Positions 37,395-47,878 of a stretch of DNA of 64,000 nt are shown piece after piece (the first letter of the stretch is position 1; each line of letters starts with the position of its first letter). A program made the position numbers and the translations under genes. The notes under the pieces were generated by a model. That model saw only the letters and a list, made by a program, of their open reading frames with translations, did not search any database and was not told where the DNA came from. The DNA comes from a bacterium. Lineage in GTDB: Bacteria; Electryoneota; Electryoneia; Electryoneales; Electryoneaceae. Where the stretch lies: positions 26,290-90,289 of the forward strand of contig JAHLLH010000011.1 in NCBI GenBank assembly GCA_020444265.1, written 5' to 3'.

Positions 37395-38819
37395 TTACTT
37401 GTCCTCTTCCTTCATCTTCTCGTCCTTCTCGGCGTTCTTCTGCTTCTCACGCTCTTTCGCCATCTCCATCTCGATAGTGGAGGGCTCGAGGGCGTGCTCT
37501 TCCGCCGCCTGGACCAGATCACTCTTCTTGAGCGAGCTTTCTTCACCATCGCGGATGATACGCGGTGTGATCTGGATAATCAGGTCTGTCTTCTTCGCGG
37601 TAACCGACTTGTGACGGAACAGGCCACCGAGGAAGGGGATGTCGCCAAGGAAGGGCACTTTGTAGATGGTGTGCTTCCGATTGACACCCAGGAGACCGGC
37701 GATGATGATCGACTGGCCGTCCTTCACACGGATCGTGGTGGTCGCGCTACGGCTGACGACCCACGGGATGTTCTGGTCGGGACCGATCAGCTGGAATACG
37801 TTGGAGACTTCCGGGCTGATCTCGGTGGTAATGTAACCATCGGTGTTGACCGTCGGACGAATGCGGAGCTTGATGCCCACTTCTTCCGTCTGGGTACGCA
37901 CCTGACCACCGACACCACCTGCGGAAAGGATGAACGGAATCCGGTCGACCACTTCAATCGCGGCCGGCTTGTTGTTCATCGTAGCGATCTGGCTGTTCGC
38001 CAAAACTTCCGCGAGGTTGTTTTTCAGCAAGTAATCGATCGCAAGCTGGAAAATCGGCTGCTGGTAACCAAAGTTACCGAAGTCGTTCAGGTTATCCACC
38101 TGCACATAAGGAACCTGCTGCGGCAGCTCGGCAGGACGGAAGGGGTTCGGCACATCCGGACCTTCATAGAGCACCGTCTCAAACGGGGTCAGCTTGTTCC
38201 AGTTGATGCCGAGCTTTTCCTCGTCCTCAACCGCGACTTCGATCAAGCGGGCTTCCAGCATAATCTGGAGCGGTGGCTTGTCGACTTCGGCGATGACGTC
38301 ACGGATCTCATTGATCACCTTGGGGCTGGTGATCAACAGCAGCTTGTTGCCGCTGAGATCCATCTGGACAGAAGCATTGAAGTCCGACAGCAAGTCTGCG
38401 ATATCCTGCGCCTGGGCATACTGAAGGTTGACAACATAGGATGTCAGACCAACTTCTTCCTTCAGTTTCCGGGAATCGGCGATCAGGAACGACTTGCCAA
38501 CGACCTCGTAGGACAGACCCGCAGCGCGGACGACGAGGTTCATGGCTTCTTCAATCGGCGTGTCCTTCAGGTGGATTGAAATCCGCTCCTGCTGGTTCAC
38601 TCCGGGTCCTGTCACAATGTTGTACCCGCTCTCGGCAGCGAGAATGGACAGAACGGTCGGCAGGCTGGCATCGTCTGCGTCGATGGTCACGGTCTTACTA
38701 AGGGCCGTGCTGCGATCCAGTGATGTCGCGTCCATCGAATCACCCGTGGCTGCGAAAGCCAGCGGGGCAGCCACTACCAGGGCTGCGATGAGCAGAACGC
38801 GGATGCAATTGCGATGCAT
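37395..38819 (-). CDS. pilQ: Type IV pilus secretin
   Basis: Secretin N-domain (VTIDADDASLPTVLSILAAESGYNIV) and C-terminal secretin domain (VPFLGDIPFLGGLFRHKSVTAKKTDLIIQITPRII). Confidence 0.85.
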   Translation of the reverse strand: MHRNCIRVLLIAALVVAAPLAFAATGDSMDATSLDRSTALSKTVTIDADDASLPTVLSILAAESGYNIVTGPGVNQQERISIHLKDTPIEEAMNLVVRAAGLSYEVVGKSFLIADSRKLKEEVGLTSYVVNLQYAQAQDIADLLSDFNASVQMDLSGNKLLLITSPKVINEIRDVIAEVDKPPLQIMLEARLIEVAVEDEEKLGINWNKLTPFETVLYEGPDVPNPFRPAELPQQVPYVQVDNLNDFGNFGYQQPIFQLAIDYLLKNNLAEVLANSQIATMNNKPAAIEVVDRIPFILSAGGVGGQVRTQTEEVGIKLRIRPTVNTDGYITTEISPEVSNVFQLIGPDQNIPWVVSRSATTTIRVKDGQSIIIAGLLGVNRKHTIYKVPFLGDIPFLGGLFRHKSVTAKKTDLIIQITPRIIRDGEESSLKKSDLVQAAEEHALEPSTIEMEMAKEREKQKNAEKDEKMKEEDK

Positions 38820-38881
38820 GGGAGAATCTCCTCCAGGCTCAATCTCTATGGCACTCAGTCCTTGTTCACGAAATCGCTGGC

Positions 38882-39463
38882 TCAGTAGCCCTTACCACTA
38901 TCCGCCCAATCATCCGGCGGTTGCACACTGAGCATTTGTCCTGTCGACGCAAGATTTTCACGCGCCGGGCGGTTTTTCAGGACCTTTGTCTGACCACCCT
39001 TCCTCAGGATGACCTCACGCTTCTCGATCTTCGACACCTTCCATCCCTCGAGGACATCCCCGAGACGCAGAACATGGCTGTGGCCGAGATAGCGGATCAC
39101 GATCGCGGCAGTCCCATCATCACCCACCACTGTTGCGGCAAGGCGCATGACGTTCGCATCGGGATCGTTCTTATCCGCTCCAAGCTTCTCGAGAAATTTC
39201 CTGCTCGTGATCACCCTGGTCAGGTCAAGCGGGTCCGTTTCCGTAATGAACTGGTAGGAAATCCGCTCACGAAGAGTTTCTTCGAGGTTTTGCACGGTTT
39301 CTTCCAGAACACGGTCTGTACCGATGACTCGACGGGCATCTTCAGCATGAATCTTGTCGATGGTCCGATTTACGAAATAGTAACGGCCCATGCCGACTGC
39401 GAAGATGACAACGAGAACGAGCAACAGGAGGCTCGAGATGGTGTCTGCACGACGACTGTTCAC
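38882..39463 (-). CDS. PilP-like pilus assembly protein (putative)
   Basis: Its size (193 aa), N-terminal TM/lipoprotein-like segment and position between pilO and pilQ support the call. No strong motif was found. Confidence 0.4.
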   Translation of the reverse strand: MNSRRADTISSLLLLVLVVIFAVGMGRYYFVNRTIDKIHAEDARRVIGTDRVLEETVQNLEETLRERISYQFITETDPLDLTRVITSRKFLEKLGADKNDPDANVMRLAATVVGDDGTAAIVIRYLGHSHVLRLGDVLEGWKVSKIEKREVILRKGGQTKVLKNRPARENLASTGQMLSVQPPDDWADSGKGY

Positions 39464-39470
39464 GGCTTCC

Positions 39471-40031
39471 TCACGAACTATGCTTAATCAGCGTCAGTGT
39501 GCTGATCGTGACTTCAAACAGGTGCGAATCCCAGCGACGGCGATCCTTGCGTGACTCAACCTGCCCGGGCTGATTGTTCACCTCGAAGTTCTCAACCGTA
39601 ATCATACGGTCCGACTTCTCGAGATCGTTGATGAACTTCCCGAATTCCTCGTAGGTGCAATCGACGATCACCGCGTACGAGGTACGCACGTAGTCATGTC
39701 GCGACTGACGGCGCTTGCTGGGCTCGAGCTCCACCAGAGTGATCTGATGTTCGTTGATCTTCTCGGTGATGTACTCGAGGAAGGGCAGGCTGGCATCCTG
39801 CGCCAGGCTGTCTTCTTTGCTGATCGCAAGGTTGCGATCGATCAGGTTCGCCACCAGGTCCAACTCCTGGGCCAGGATCTGGGCGCTGATCAACTTCTCG
39901 TTCTTCGCTTCGATTCGACGGTTCAGGCTTTCGATCTCGCGCGGCATCTTGGGATACTCGATCCGGTAGTAGTAGAAGAGGCCGAGTCCGAAGACAAGCG
40001 TCATGACGAGCAAATAAATAACTCTTTTCAT
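39471..40031 (-). CDS. pilO: PilO-like pilus assembly protein
   Basis: Single N-terminal TM segment followed by a coiled coil. Its position after pilN supports the call. Confidence 0.55.
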   Translation of the reverse strand: MKRVIYLLVMTLVFGLGLFYYYRIEYPKMPREIESLNRRIEAKNEKLISAQILAQELDLVANLIDRNLAISKEDSLAQDASLPFLEYITEKINEHQITLVELEPSKRRQSRHDYVRTSYAVIVDCTYEEFGKFINDLEKSDRMITVENFEVNNQPGQVESRKDRRRWDSHLFEVTISTLTLIKHSS

Positions 40032-40035
40032 CCTC

Positions 40036-40677
40036 TTAGCCCCCTACTGCACGGTTGACTCGACCGGAACGCGCACCACCGACCGCACGACGTGCGGAGA
40101 TGGTACCAGGCGATCCAAGCTCACAGGTGACGATAAAGCTGAGGATTTCCTGCTCGTCACGCTTCACTCGCTTCGATTCCTTGAACTTGATGTCGCGGAA
40201 ATCTTCCATAAACATCGGCGTGGCCTTGAGCTGGTCCATCAGCTGCTTGACCTTGTCGAACTCCTTCTCGGCAGGATCGATCTGGCTGATCGCCGAGATC
40301 GAAAAGGTGCCACGATCAAACTTGAGTTCCACAATCGCCATCTGTTCCGGAAGCCGTTCGGCAACCGCGGTAAACTTCTTTGTCCAGAGAACACGATCAT
40401 CGTCCAGACGCGCCAGTGCGAGTACGTCTTCCTTACTGACGTTCTGGCCTTCCTTCTGCAGCGAATCAATCTGTGCGATAATGTGGTTCAACTGGTATTC
40501 CTTGCCGCGAACCATGCCGCGAAGTTCGGCATCGTTTTTGTAGGTCAACGAACCTACAGTCAGCAGCAGGGCGCTGATAACAATCAGCGTGATCCGCTCA
40601 CGAAGCTTGCGCTTACGCTCTTCACGCTGCGCGAAGCCTTCCTGACGGTTCAGGTTGATGCGAAATTGGCGTACCAT
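40036..40677 (-). CDS. pilN: PilN-like pilus assembly protein
   Basis: N-terminal FRINLNRQE...RKRKLRERITLIV (PilN INLLP-type motif plus TM). The gene follows pilM with a 3-bp gap. Confidence 0.6.
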   Translation of the reverse strand: MVRQFRINLNRQEGFAQREERKRKLRERITLIVISALLLTVGSLTYKNDAELRGMVRGKEYQLNHIIAQIDSLQKEGQNVSKEDVLALARLDDDRVLWTKKFTAVAERLPEQMAIVELKFDRGTFSISAISQIDPAEKEFDKVKQLMDQLKATPMFMEDFRDIKFKESKRVKRDEQEILSFIVTCELGSPGTISARRAVGGARSGRVNRAVGG

Positions 40678-40680
40678 CGG

Positions 40681-41738
40681 TCAGACCTCCCGAATCGCAA
40701 GTCCGACGGCCGCCGCATACTGCGAAGGATGGCCGCCCCCGTTCTCAGCTGTCACGTCCATGAAGGCGAAGGGGTCGTACACCTCAGCAGATGCATTGAA
40801 TTTGTTCGCGAGGTAATCGCGGACATCTTCAAGGCCGGCACCACCGCCCACGAGGACAAATTTGGTGAAGTGGCTCTGCCCCGTCTCCTTGACGTAGTAA
40901 CGCAAGGTGCGGTTGACCTCTTCTCCGAAACGGTCAATTGTGCTCTTGGACGCGAGACGCAATTCACCGGATTCAGAGTCAGCCTTGGGCAGATCGGGCT
41001 TCAAGCCCTGCTCTGCTTTCACCTTTTCGGCCTCTTCCCAGCTCAAGCCGTAGTTCTTGATCAGCTCATCCGTAAAGGCCTGTCCACCGACAGGAACTTC
41101 ACGTGTGAAGAACCGATCTTTACGGCCCATCAGGGTGATGGAGGTTTTTCGACAACCGATATCCACCAGCACAACCAGCCCCTCATCGGGCAAGTCGTTG
41201 AACGCGAGGTAGGAGTTGGTGTACGCAAGCGGCTCGATATCGACTACCGTCGGTCGAACCTCAATCTCCTTCAGGGTCTGAAGGTGGCCCTCGAACTGCT
41301 TCTTCGAAGAGGCGACCAGGAGGACGCGGACCTTGTCCGATTCCTCATGATGCTCACCCAGCACCTGATAGTCGACTTGCGTATCGCTGCCGTCCAGTGG
41401 AATGTGCTTCCGCGCCTCGAGAAGCATCGCGGAGGCCATCTCACGGTCCTCGAGCGGAACAGCAATGATTTCTTTTGCTGCTACCTGGGAACCGGCGATC
41501 AGAGACCGGATGTTCTTGAGCCGCTTCGGCGCCATTTTGAATGATGCGAAGAGGTCCATCAACTGGGGAACAATCTGGCCTCGCTTCGGTCCATCGGGAT
41601 CGAAAACGTTGCCACCACCCCAAAGGGGCCTCACCGCGCGGTGGACAACCTTAAATCGGTTGCCGCTCTTTTCGACCACGACGGCCTTGATGGAGTGACT
41701 GCCGATGTCGAGGCCTACCCGTACTTTGCTGCTTAGCA
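40681..41738 (-). CDS. pilM: Type IV pilus assembly ATPase-fold protein PilM (actin-like). The likely start is MLSSKVRVGLDIGS.
   Basis: VGLDIGSHSIKAVVV actin/HSP70-fold N-terminus. It is the first gene of the pilMNOPQ operon. Confidence 0.85.
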
Positions 41739-41970
41739 TGCCCCACCCTGTGTAGAAAAAAGCCCTGATCCGAACCTCACACCCGTGGTCAGCCGTGCTG
41801 CGCGCCACCCGTGAGGCCAATGCGGTTTATCTGCCGTCGGATCGGGACTATACGATAGCTTCCAACCTTGTTTCAAGCTTCACTCGGACCACCGTGGCCG
41901 GGTCAGCCGTGCACCCACGGTCCCGGAAGCTCAGCACTGGATGACCAGTGCCAACTACGATGGTATCCTG

Positions 41971-43545
41971 TCAGTAAAAATCGTTTCGCCGCTCGGGATC
42001 CTGATCCCAGGAGCTGCTGATGTAGAACTCGTACCGGTCGCCATCAAGCCTCTCTTTCGGGAAGTGAGGCGGCGGTGTTTTCCACATCCGAATATCGTAC
42101 GCGTATTCTTTGTCGTACCCGGTGCCACCGCAATTGTTCGCGCCACGGTGGACATAACCTCGCTGACGCATCAGAATCACACCCCGCAGGTAAATCGCCC
42201 CGCGTTCGTCCTGCTCGCCTGCATGGTCACCCTCAGGATCGCACCACCAGTATCCATCCCAGCCGTTCGGGTCATCCGGTCGATTGTTCTGGTTTTCAAA
42301 GGTGACCGAACCGCGCCCCGTACTCTCGTCACCCAACGCGATCAACGCCGCCTGAATGACAATGTGCTTGTTCGAATGGTCCGTCCAAGCCCCCTCGTTC
42401 GCCCCATTTCCTTTCCCGTTGGCATCCGTATTGGCGATCACAATATTCTGTTCGCCAATCAGGCCAAGGATCGGATCAGTACCCACCAGGTAATAAATAT
42501 TCGCCTGATTTGCTTCGTCCAGGCTATGGGGGGTAAACCCTTCATAGGTGACATCATCGATCAACCGCATGTCGCCTTCGCAACCAATGCTCGTCCGACC
42601 GCTGATCTGCTCACCCTTCAATTCGAGGTTTCCCTCAACAAAGATGGCCCGGTTCTGCGCGTACGAGATCCGGACATCGTTGTTCAGATTCTCCTCGTCA
42701 AAGGGGGTGCCAGCATCCCACTGCATTACATGCCAGCCGAGCGCATCCCCTTCAATCCGGGTCGTCCAAAGTCCATCGCGATTGTCAAAGTAGGTACCGA
42801 GGGCCTGTGCCCCGGCACGTAACTCGTTTGCCTTGTTTTCAAAAAGCACTTCCGGTGCATTGAACAGGGTGTCGGCATGAAAAATGGGATTGTACCCAGC
42901 CCCCTCGATAAAATTCGGCATCGAGGTTGTCACACTCATGAAAAACTCGGGCCGCCCCTGCATCGCGATGAAATCATTCGACCGAACCGGGCCATACAAC
43001 ACATCGCGTCCAAAGAACCAGATCACCTCATCGTACTGGGTGTTCTCATCTATCGTAAAATAGAAGTACTTGCTGAGTGACGGTTTTGTCGCGGTCAGGT
43101 TGAAAGAGCGTTCCACATCCTCAACCTCACCATTGGGTTGACGAAACTTCACAACCCCGGTTGCACTGACGACATACTCCTCGATCAGGGCATCATCGTC
43201 GATCGACATGTTCTCGTTCAGAACACTCCAGACCGGCGTCAAGGTACAATCCTTATAGTAGCCGCGAAACTCCCCGTACTCTCCCTCTCCACCGTTGGGC
43301 AGAGTCATCAAAACGTTGGGCAATTCCACTGCTGTACGGCTTCGCAGTTCAGCCAGGCCGCGCTCCAGCGCTCCACGCTGGGCGATATAATACGCCTGCG
43401 TCCGTGCCAGATCGAATCGTGCCTGGTACCCCTCGTCCGATGTCCACTTGAGAAACGCTACGCCAGTCATCAAGAGAACCAGCATCAGGATGACGGAGTT
43501 TACGAGCAAGCTGCCAATGCGGTCATTTCGAAGCATCATCTTCAT
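41971..43545 (-). CDS. Large pilus-associated protein with a PilX_N/GspK-like N-terminal pseudopilin helix (paralog A)
   Basis: N-terminal ...RIGSLLVNSVILMLVLLMTGVAFLKWTSDEGYQARFDLARTQAYY. ~50-60% identity to the neighbouring ORF. C-terminal region WDGYWWCDPEG. Confidence 0.45.
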   Translation of the reverse strand: MKMMLRNDRIGSLLVNSVILMLVLLMTGVAFLKWTSDEGYQARFDLARTQAYYIAQRGALERGLAELRSRTAVELPNVLMTLPNGGEGEYGEFRGYYKDCTLTPVWSVLNENMSIDDDALIEEYVVSATGVVKFRQPNGEVEDVERSFNLTATKPSLSKYFYFTIDENTQYDEVIWFFGRDVLYGPVRSNDFIAMQGRPEFFMSVTTSMPNFIEGAGYNPIFHADTLFNAPEVLFENKANELRAGAQALGTYFDNRDGLWTTRIEGDALGWHVMQWDAGTPFDEENLNNDVRISYAQNRAIFVEGNLELKGEQISGRTSIGCEGDMRLIDDVTYEGFTPHSLDEANQANIYYLVGTDPILGLIGEQNIVIANTDANGKGNGANEGAWTDHSNKHIVIQAALIALGDESTGRGSVTFENQNNRPDDPNGWDGYWWCDPEGDHAGEQDERGAIYLRGVILMRQRGYVHRGANNCGGTGYDKEYAYDIRMWKTPPPHFPKERLDGDRYEFYISSSWDQDPERRNDFY

Positions 43546-43651
43546 AGCAACCTCGCAACAGATTCAAAGGAACCGTCTTCTCAGATTTCGCTTGTCAACT
43601 CCCGGGGGCCTGGGCCCCCGGGTCCATCACACTGCTATTGCCGGGTACAAC

Positions 43652-45331
43652 TCAATTAAAATCTTCACGACGATCGGGATTCTTATCCCAGGTCTCTGTA
43701 ATCTGGAAATCGTACAACCCCTCGTCGTTCGTCTCTTTCGGGAAGTACGGCGGCGGGGTCTTCCACATGCGGATATCGTACGCGTATTCCTTGTCGTAGC
43801 CCGTGCCATTACAGTTGCTGCGATGGACATAGCCACGCTGACGCTGAATCACGGAACCACGCAACCAGATTTCGCCACGTTCATCCGGCGTGTTGGCGTT
43901 CGGTCCTTCTGGATCACACCACCAGTAACCATCCCAACCGAACGGATCATCAGGCGAATTGTTCTGGTTCTCGAAATCGAAGCAACCATAGGGGTCTTCA
44001 GGTGCTACAGGTAGCCCAAGAGCAATCAAGGCTGCGGTGATTATGATATGCTTGTTGCTGTGGTCTGTGGTTGCTCCGCTCGTAGCACCGTTCCCTTTAC
44101 CATTTGCAACGGTATTGGCAATTCGTATTCGGCTTTCGCTGATGATTCCGAGAACGTTGCTCGATCCGCGATCGGCCAGGTAATAGCTGTCCGCCTGGTT
44201 CTCCGAAGTAAGATCACGTGGGCCGTAATCCGAGTAGCGGATATCGTCCATTAGACGAATATCACCTTCGGCACCAACGGTACCACGTCCCTGCACACGG
44301 TCTCCCCAAAGCTGGAGCGGACCTTCGCAGAAAATCGCGCTGTTGTTCGAATAGGGGACAAACTCGTCGGTCTCAAGGTTTCCATCATCCGGGAAAGGTG
44401 TACCGGCACCCCACTGCATCACATGCCAACCGGACGGTTCGGCCACGATACGGGTCTGCCAATCACCATTGCTGTCGTCGTAGTAGTTGCCAACTGCCGC
44501 AGCCGCATCCCGAAGCTGAGACGCTCGGTCATCAAGATGTACCGAGTCGGCCTCAAAAACCGGTTCCGGCCCGAGAAATTCCGGGTTAAAACCGGAACCA
44601 TGAATGAAGTCGTCTGCGACAGAAATCACATCCGAGTAAAAGGTAGGCGTGTTTTTAATCCCGATCGCATCATTTGAACGAACCGGACCATAGAGCACGT
44701 CTTCCTGGTAGAACCAGATGACTTCACCAAACTCGGTCACTTCGCTGTCGGAGAAATAGAAGTACTTGCTGAGCGCCGGCTTCTGAACCACCATGTTGAA
44801 TTGGCGCTTCACTTCATAAATTTCACCGTTGGGCTGGGAGAATTCAATAACGCCTACTGATGAGATCGTGTATTGGTCAGGCGAAAGCTGTTCAACTTCC
44901 GAGTTGAAAATCTGGTCGACCGGATCAACCTTACAGTCAGTATAGTAGCCGTTCATCGTACCATACGGACGGGGGCTACCAGGGGCAAAGTGCTGCTCGA
45001 CACGCGGCAGGGCGATATCGTCCATGCTGCGGAGGCTTGCCAACCCTCTTTCCAAGGCACCATGCTGCGCGACATAATAGGCCTGCGTACGCGCGAGATC
45101 GAACCGTGCCTGGTAGGCTTCGTCTGCCGTCCATTTCAGGAAAGCTGCGCCGGTGAGCAGCAGCACCACCATCAGCACGACGGAGTTGACAAGGATACTT
45201 CCTTTTCGGTTGCGCAACAGTTTCTTCATCCTGCAACCTCCTGCAATCGTCAGTCGACCATCCCCATCACGGCTCTCAGTGGGGGGAATCATGGTTGTTT
45301 CCACGCCGCCGGAAATGGCCAAACATAGCAA
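43652..45331 (-). CDS. Large pilus-associated protein with a PilX_N/GspK-like N-terminus (paralog B). The likely start is MKKLLRNRKGS near 45229.
   Basis: N-terminal ...KGSILVNSVVLMVVLLLTGAAFLKWTADEAYQARFDLARTQAYY; C-terminal WDGYWWCDPEG as in paralog A. Confidence 0.45.
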   Translation of the reverse strand: MLCLAISGGVETTMIPPTESRDGDGRLTIAGGCRMKKLLRNRKGSILVNSVVLMVVLLLTGAAFLKWTADEAYQARFDLARTQAYYVAQHGALERGLASLRSMDDIALPRVEQHFAPGSPRPYGTMNGYYTDCKVDPVDQIFNSEVEQLSPDQYTISSVGVIEFSQPNGEIYEVKRQFNMVVQKPALSKYFYFSDSEVTEFGEVIWFYQEDVLYGPVRSNDAIGIKNTPTFYSDVISVADDFIHGSGFNPEFLGPEPVFEADSVHLDDRASQLRDAAAAVGNYYDDSNGDWQTRIVAEPSGWHVMQWGAGTPFPDDGNLETDEFVPYSNNSAIFCEGPLQLWGDRVQGRGTVGAEGDIRLMDDIRYSDYGPRDLTSENQADSYYLADRGSSNVLGIISESRIRIANTVANGKGNGATSGATTDHSNKHIIITAALIALGLPVAPEDPYGCFDFENQNNSPDDPFGWDGYWWCDPEGPNANTPDERGEIWLRGSVIQRQRGYVHRSNCNGTGYDKEYAYDIRMWKTPPPYFPKETNDEGLYDFQITETWDKNPDRREDFN

Positions 45332-45481
45332 TCTACATACTACAACCCTAAAACCATGGGCGATCTACCCGCTGACATTAAGGTTAGGAGAGGCGATCTT
45401 CACTCTACCCTACCACTTACAAGATTATTACGAGCTCGATATCATCTTGACAGTAGATTCGCTCAAACTACTGACAGCAGC

Positions 45482-46165
45482 TTAATCGTTTGCCGATGAC
45501 GAAGTATCGGCTGATTCTCCGCCCTGCCAATTCACATTGACCAGGTAACCGCGGCTGCTGAACGGCAGTGTTTTTTCGAACACACCACGGCTCAAAAGCG
45601 CCGGATAACGGCGATAATACATCGTAAAACTCAAGTCGTATACATATTTGCGATAGCGCGAATCATACACATTAGGAAGCACATCAGAGGGTGCTGGCTC
45701 AGGTATTCTTTCTATTAAGAAGGAGCTGGGGTCGACAAACACTTCATCACGACCACTCGGGGACGATGGCGGAAAATTCGGGTAGTCCACCACTTGATTT
45801 CCCCTTCGAATGACGGGGATGCGTGCACGCCGGTCAAACTCGAAGGTGTACGTTTCCCATTCCTCGATCGGCTCCCAAGGGTCCGCATATTCGACAGATA
45901 TCTCACAGGGTGGAGTTTCACGGATCACCTTCAGATTCCGACCGTTGTGGATTTTCTCCCGGAACTCTGCGGTGTAGTAATATCCATACTCTTCCATGTC
46001 GCGCAGCTGCCAGGCCATGCGCATCTGCTCAGTTGCTTCCACGAAGAAAAAACCGAAGCCAAGCATGACCGTTGAAGCGATGATGACGGTCACCACCACC
46101 TCAACCAGCAACATGCCTGCACGCTGTGTCAGCATCAGCTTCTTCATGCTCTCCATCACCTTCAT
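45482..46165 (-). CDS. Type IV minor pilin / pseudopilin (PilW-like)
   Basis: Prepilin N-terminus QRAG|MLLVEVVVTVIIAS (cleavage after Gly, Glu at +5). Confidence 0.6.
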   Translation of the reverse strand: MKVMESMKKLMLTQRAGMLLVEVVVTVIIASTVMLGFGFFFVEATEQMRMAWQLRDMEEYGYYYTAEFREKIHNGRNLKVIRETPPCEISVEYADPWEPIEEWETYTFEFDRRARIPVIRRGNQVVDYPNFPPSSPSGRDEVFVDPSSFLIERIPEPAPSDVLPNVYDSRYRKYVYDLSFTMYYRRYPALLSRGVFEKTLPFSSRGYLVNVNWQGGESADTSSSAND

Positions 46166-46183
46166 GATTGAGCCCCCTTCGAC

Positions 46184-46696
46184 TTACTGAGACTTCAACC
46201 AGAATGAGGTCAACTCCTGGGTAATCTGCACAGGTGATCCATCGGGTGTTTTCGCAGGCTCCCACCACCGGATCAAAACAGACACCTCGTAAAAATCCGG
46301 ATTCTGAGGACTATCCTCGACGTCCATCTTCTTAATCGGCTGGCGACGCACCTCTCCCCAGATATCATCTGCATCGCCAGGTCCACGTGGGTCGATCAAG
46401 ACCTCTTCCCACACGGTAGCCTGCTGCAGTTCACGCTCTCCGGGAAAAACACTGGTGATGTGGATACGGCCTGTCCACTTCTCCATCTCGTTGCGAAGCA
46501 AGTCGTTGGCACGCATCCGACGACGCTGCTCGGCGAGGGATCCGTAGGCACTATGGAAGGCGATGGTGGTTCCAACAGCAGCCGTTGCGATCACGATCAT
46601 GCCAACCAGCAGCTCGACGAGGGTCATACCCCTCCGATCACGCCGTAGCCTGAATCGCTTCATCATCCGTGCACGCAGCCTCGTCACCAACGACAC
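46184..46696 (-). CDS. Type IV minor pilin / pseudopilin (PilV-like)
   Basis: Prepilin N-terminus RRG|MTLVELLVGMIVIA. Confidence 0.6.
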   Translation of the reverse strand: MSLVTRLRARMMKRFRLRRDRRGMTLVELLVGMIVIATAAVGTTIAFHSAYGSLAEQRRRMRANDLLRNEMEKWTGRIHITSVFPGERELQQATVWEEVLIDPRGPGDADDIWGEVRRQPIKKMDVEDSPQNPDFYEVSVLIRWWEPAKTPDGSPVQITQELTSFWLKSQ

Positions 46697-46739
46697 TCCT
46701 TAGCCCCGGGGTAGCCCCAGAGACCCATGCGAAACCACT

Positions 46740-47795
46740 CTAAGCAGTCAAGTCCACTTCGAACAGCTTCGGGTTATCCGCAACAAACGCTGCGGTTTCC
46801 CGGTCAATCACCCCTTGGTGCAGCAGACGCTGCAGGTCCTGATCCAGCGAGTGCATACCTTCCTTGCCGCTGGACTGGATGACCGAGGGAATCTGGAAAA
46901 TCTTATCTTCACGAATCAGGTTCCTGACCGCCGTATTGGCAACCATCACCTCAGTCGCAACCACACGACCCTTCCCATCACGTTTGGTCAGCAGCTTCTG
47001 CTGCACAACCGCTTCGAGCGACTCGGCCAGCATGGAGCGAACCTGGGTCTTCTGCGAAGCCGGGAAAATATCAATGATACGGTCAATCGTCTTGGCCGCA
47101 GAACTGGTATGCAGCGTTGCGAGCACCAGGTGACCCGTCTCAGCGGCGGTCAACGCCAGCGAGATGGTTTCCAGGTCACGCATTTCGCCAACCAGAATCA
47201 CATCAGGATCTTCACGCAACGCCGAACGCAGCGCGTTGGCGAAACTGTGGGTCGAGGCGCCCAGCTCACGCTGGTTCAGCATGCAGTTCTTCGAATTATG
47301 GAAGAACTCGACCGGGTCCTCGATGGTAATGATGTGAAGCTGCTTGTTCTCGTTAATGTGATCGATCATGGTCGCGAGCGTCGTGCTCTTACCCGAACCG
47401 GTTGGACCGGTCAACAGGATCAAGCCACGGTCACGAAGCGACAGATCACGCAAAACCTCGGGAACACCCAGCTCCTCAAAGGAGCGAATTTCCTCAGGAA
47501 TGGTACGGAAAACCGATCCGACACCCTGGATTTGCTCGAAGATGTTCACACGGAAACGTGCCAAGCCATCAACCTTGTAACTAAGGTCGATTTCCTTCAG
47601 CTCTTCCAACCGCTCCTGCTGCTCTTCGTTGAGCAGACCCATCAACGCATCGCGCAACTCTTCATCCGTCGCGATGGGCAGATCGAGCTTTTGCAGTTTA
47701 CCGTGGATGCGTACCATCGGAATCGTGCCGGAAGACATGTGCAAGTCAGATGCGCCCATGTTCACGGAAAAGCGGAGCAGATCAGGAATATTCAC
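46740..47795 (-). CDS. pilT: Twitching-motility retraction ATPase
   Basis: Walker A LTGPTGSGKSTTLATMI, IITIEDPVEF, ~350 aa; classic PilT. Confidence 0.9.
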   Translation of the reverse strand: MNIPDLLRFSVNMGASDLHMSSGTIPMVRIHGKLQKLDLPIATDEELRDALMGLLNEEQQERLEELKEIDLSYKVDGLARFRVNIFEQIQGVGSVFRTIPEEIRSFEELGVPEVLRDLSLRDRGLILLTGPTGSGKSTTLATMIDHINENKQLHIITIEDPVEFFHNSKNCMLNQRELGASTHSFANALRSALREDPDVILVGEMRDLETISLALTAAETGHLVLATLHTSSAAKTIDRIIDIFPASQKTQVRSMLAESLEAVVQQKLLTKRDGKGRVVATEVMVANTAVRNLIREDKIFQIPSVIQSSGKEGMHSLDQDLQRLLHQGVIDRETAAFVADNPKLFEVDLTA

Positions 47796-47820
47796 CCTGG
47801 TACCTCAAGTCTTACAAATC

Positions 47821-47867
47821 AAAACCAAACAAGCAGAAACACGGGGTCGCGCCCGTGAGGGCGCGAC
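47821..47867 (-). terminator. Strong intrinsic terminator downstream of pilA
   Basis: GGTCGCGCCC-TCAC-GGGCGCGACC 10-bp stem followed by a U-rich tract (minus-strand sense). Confidence 0.65.
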
Positions 47868-47878
47868 CACCGAAAAAC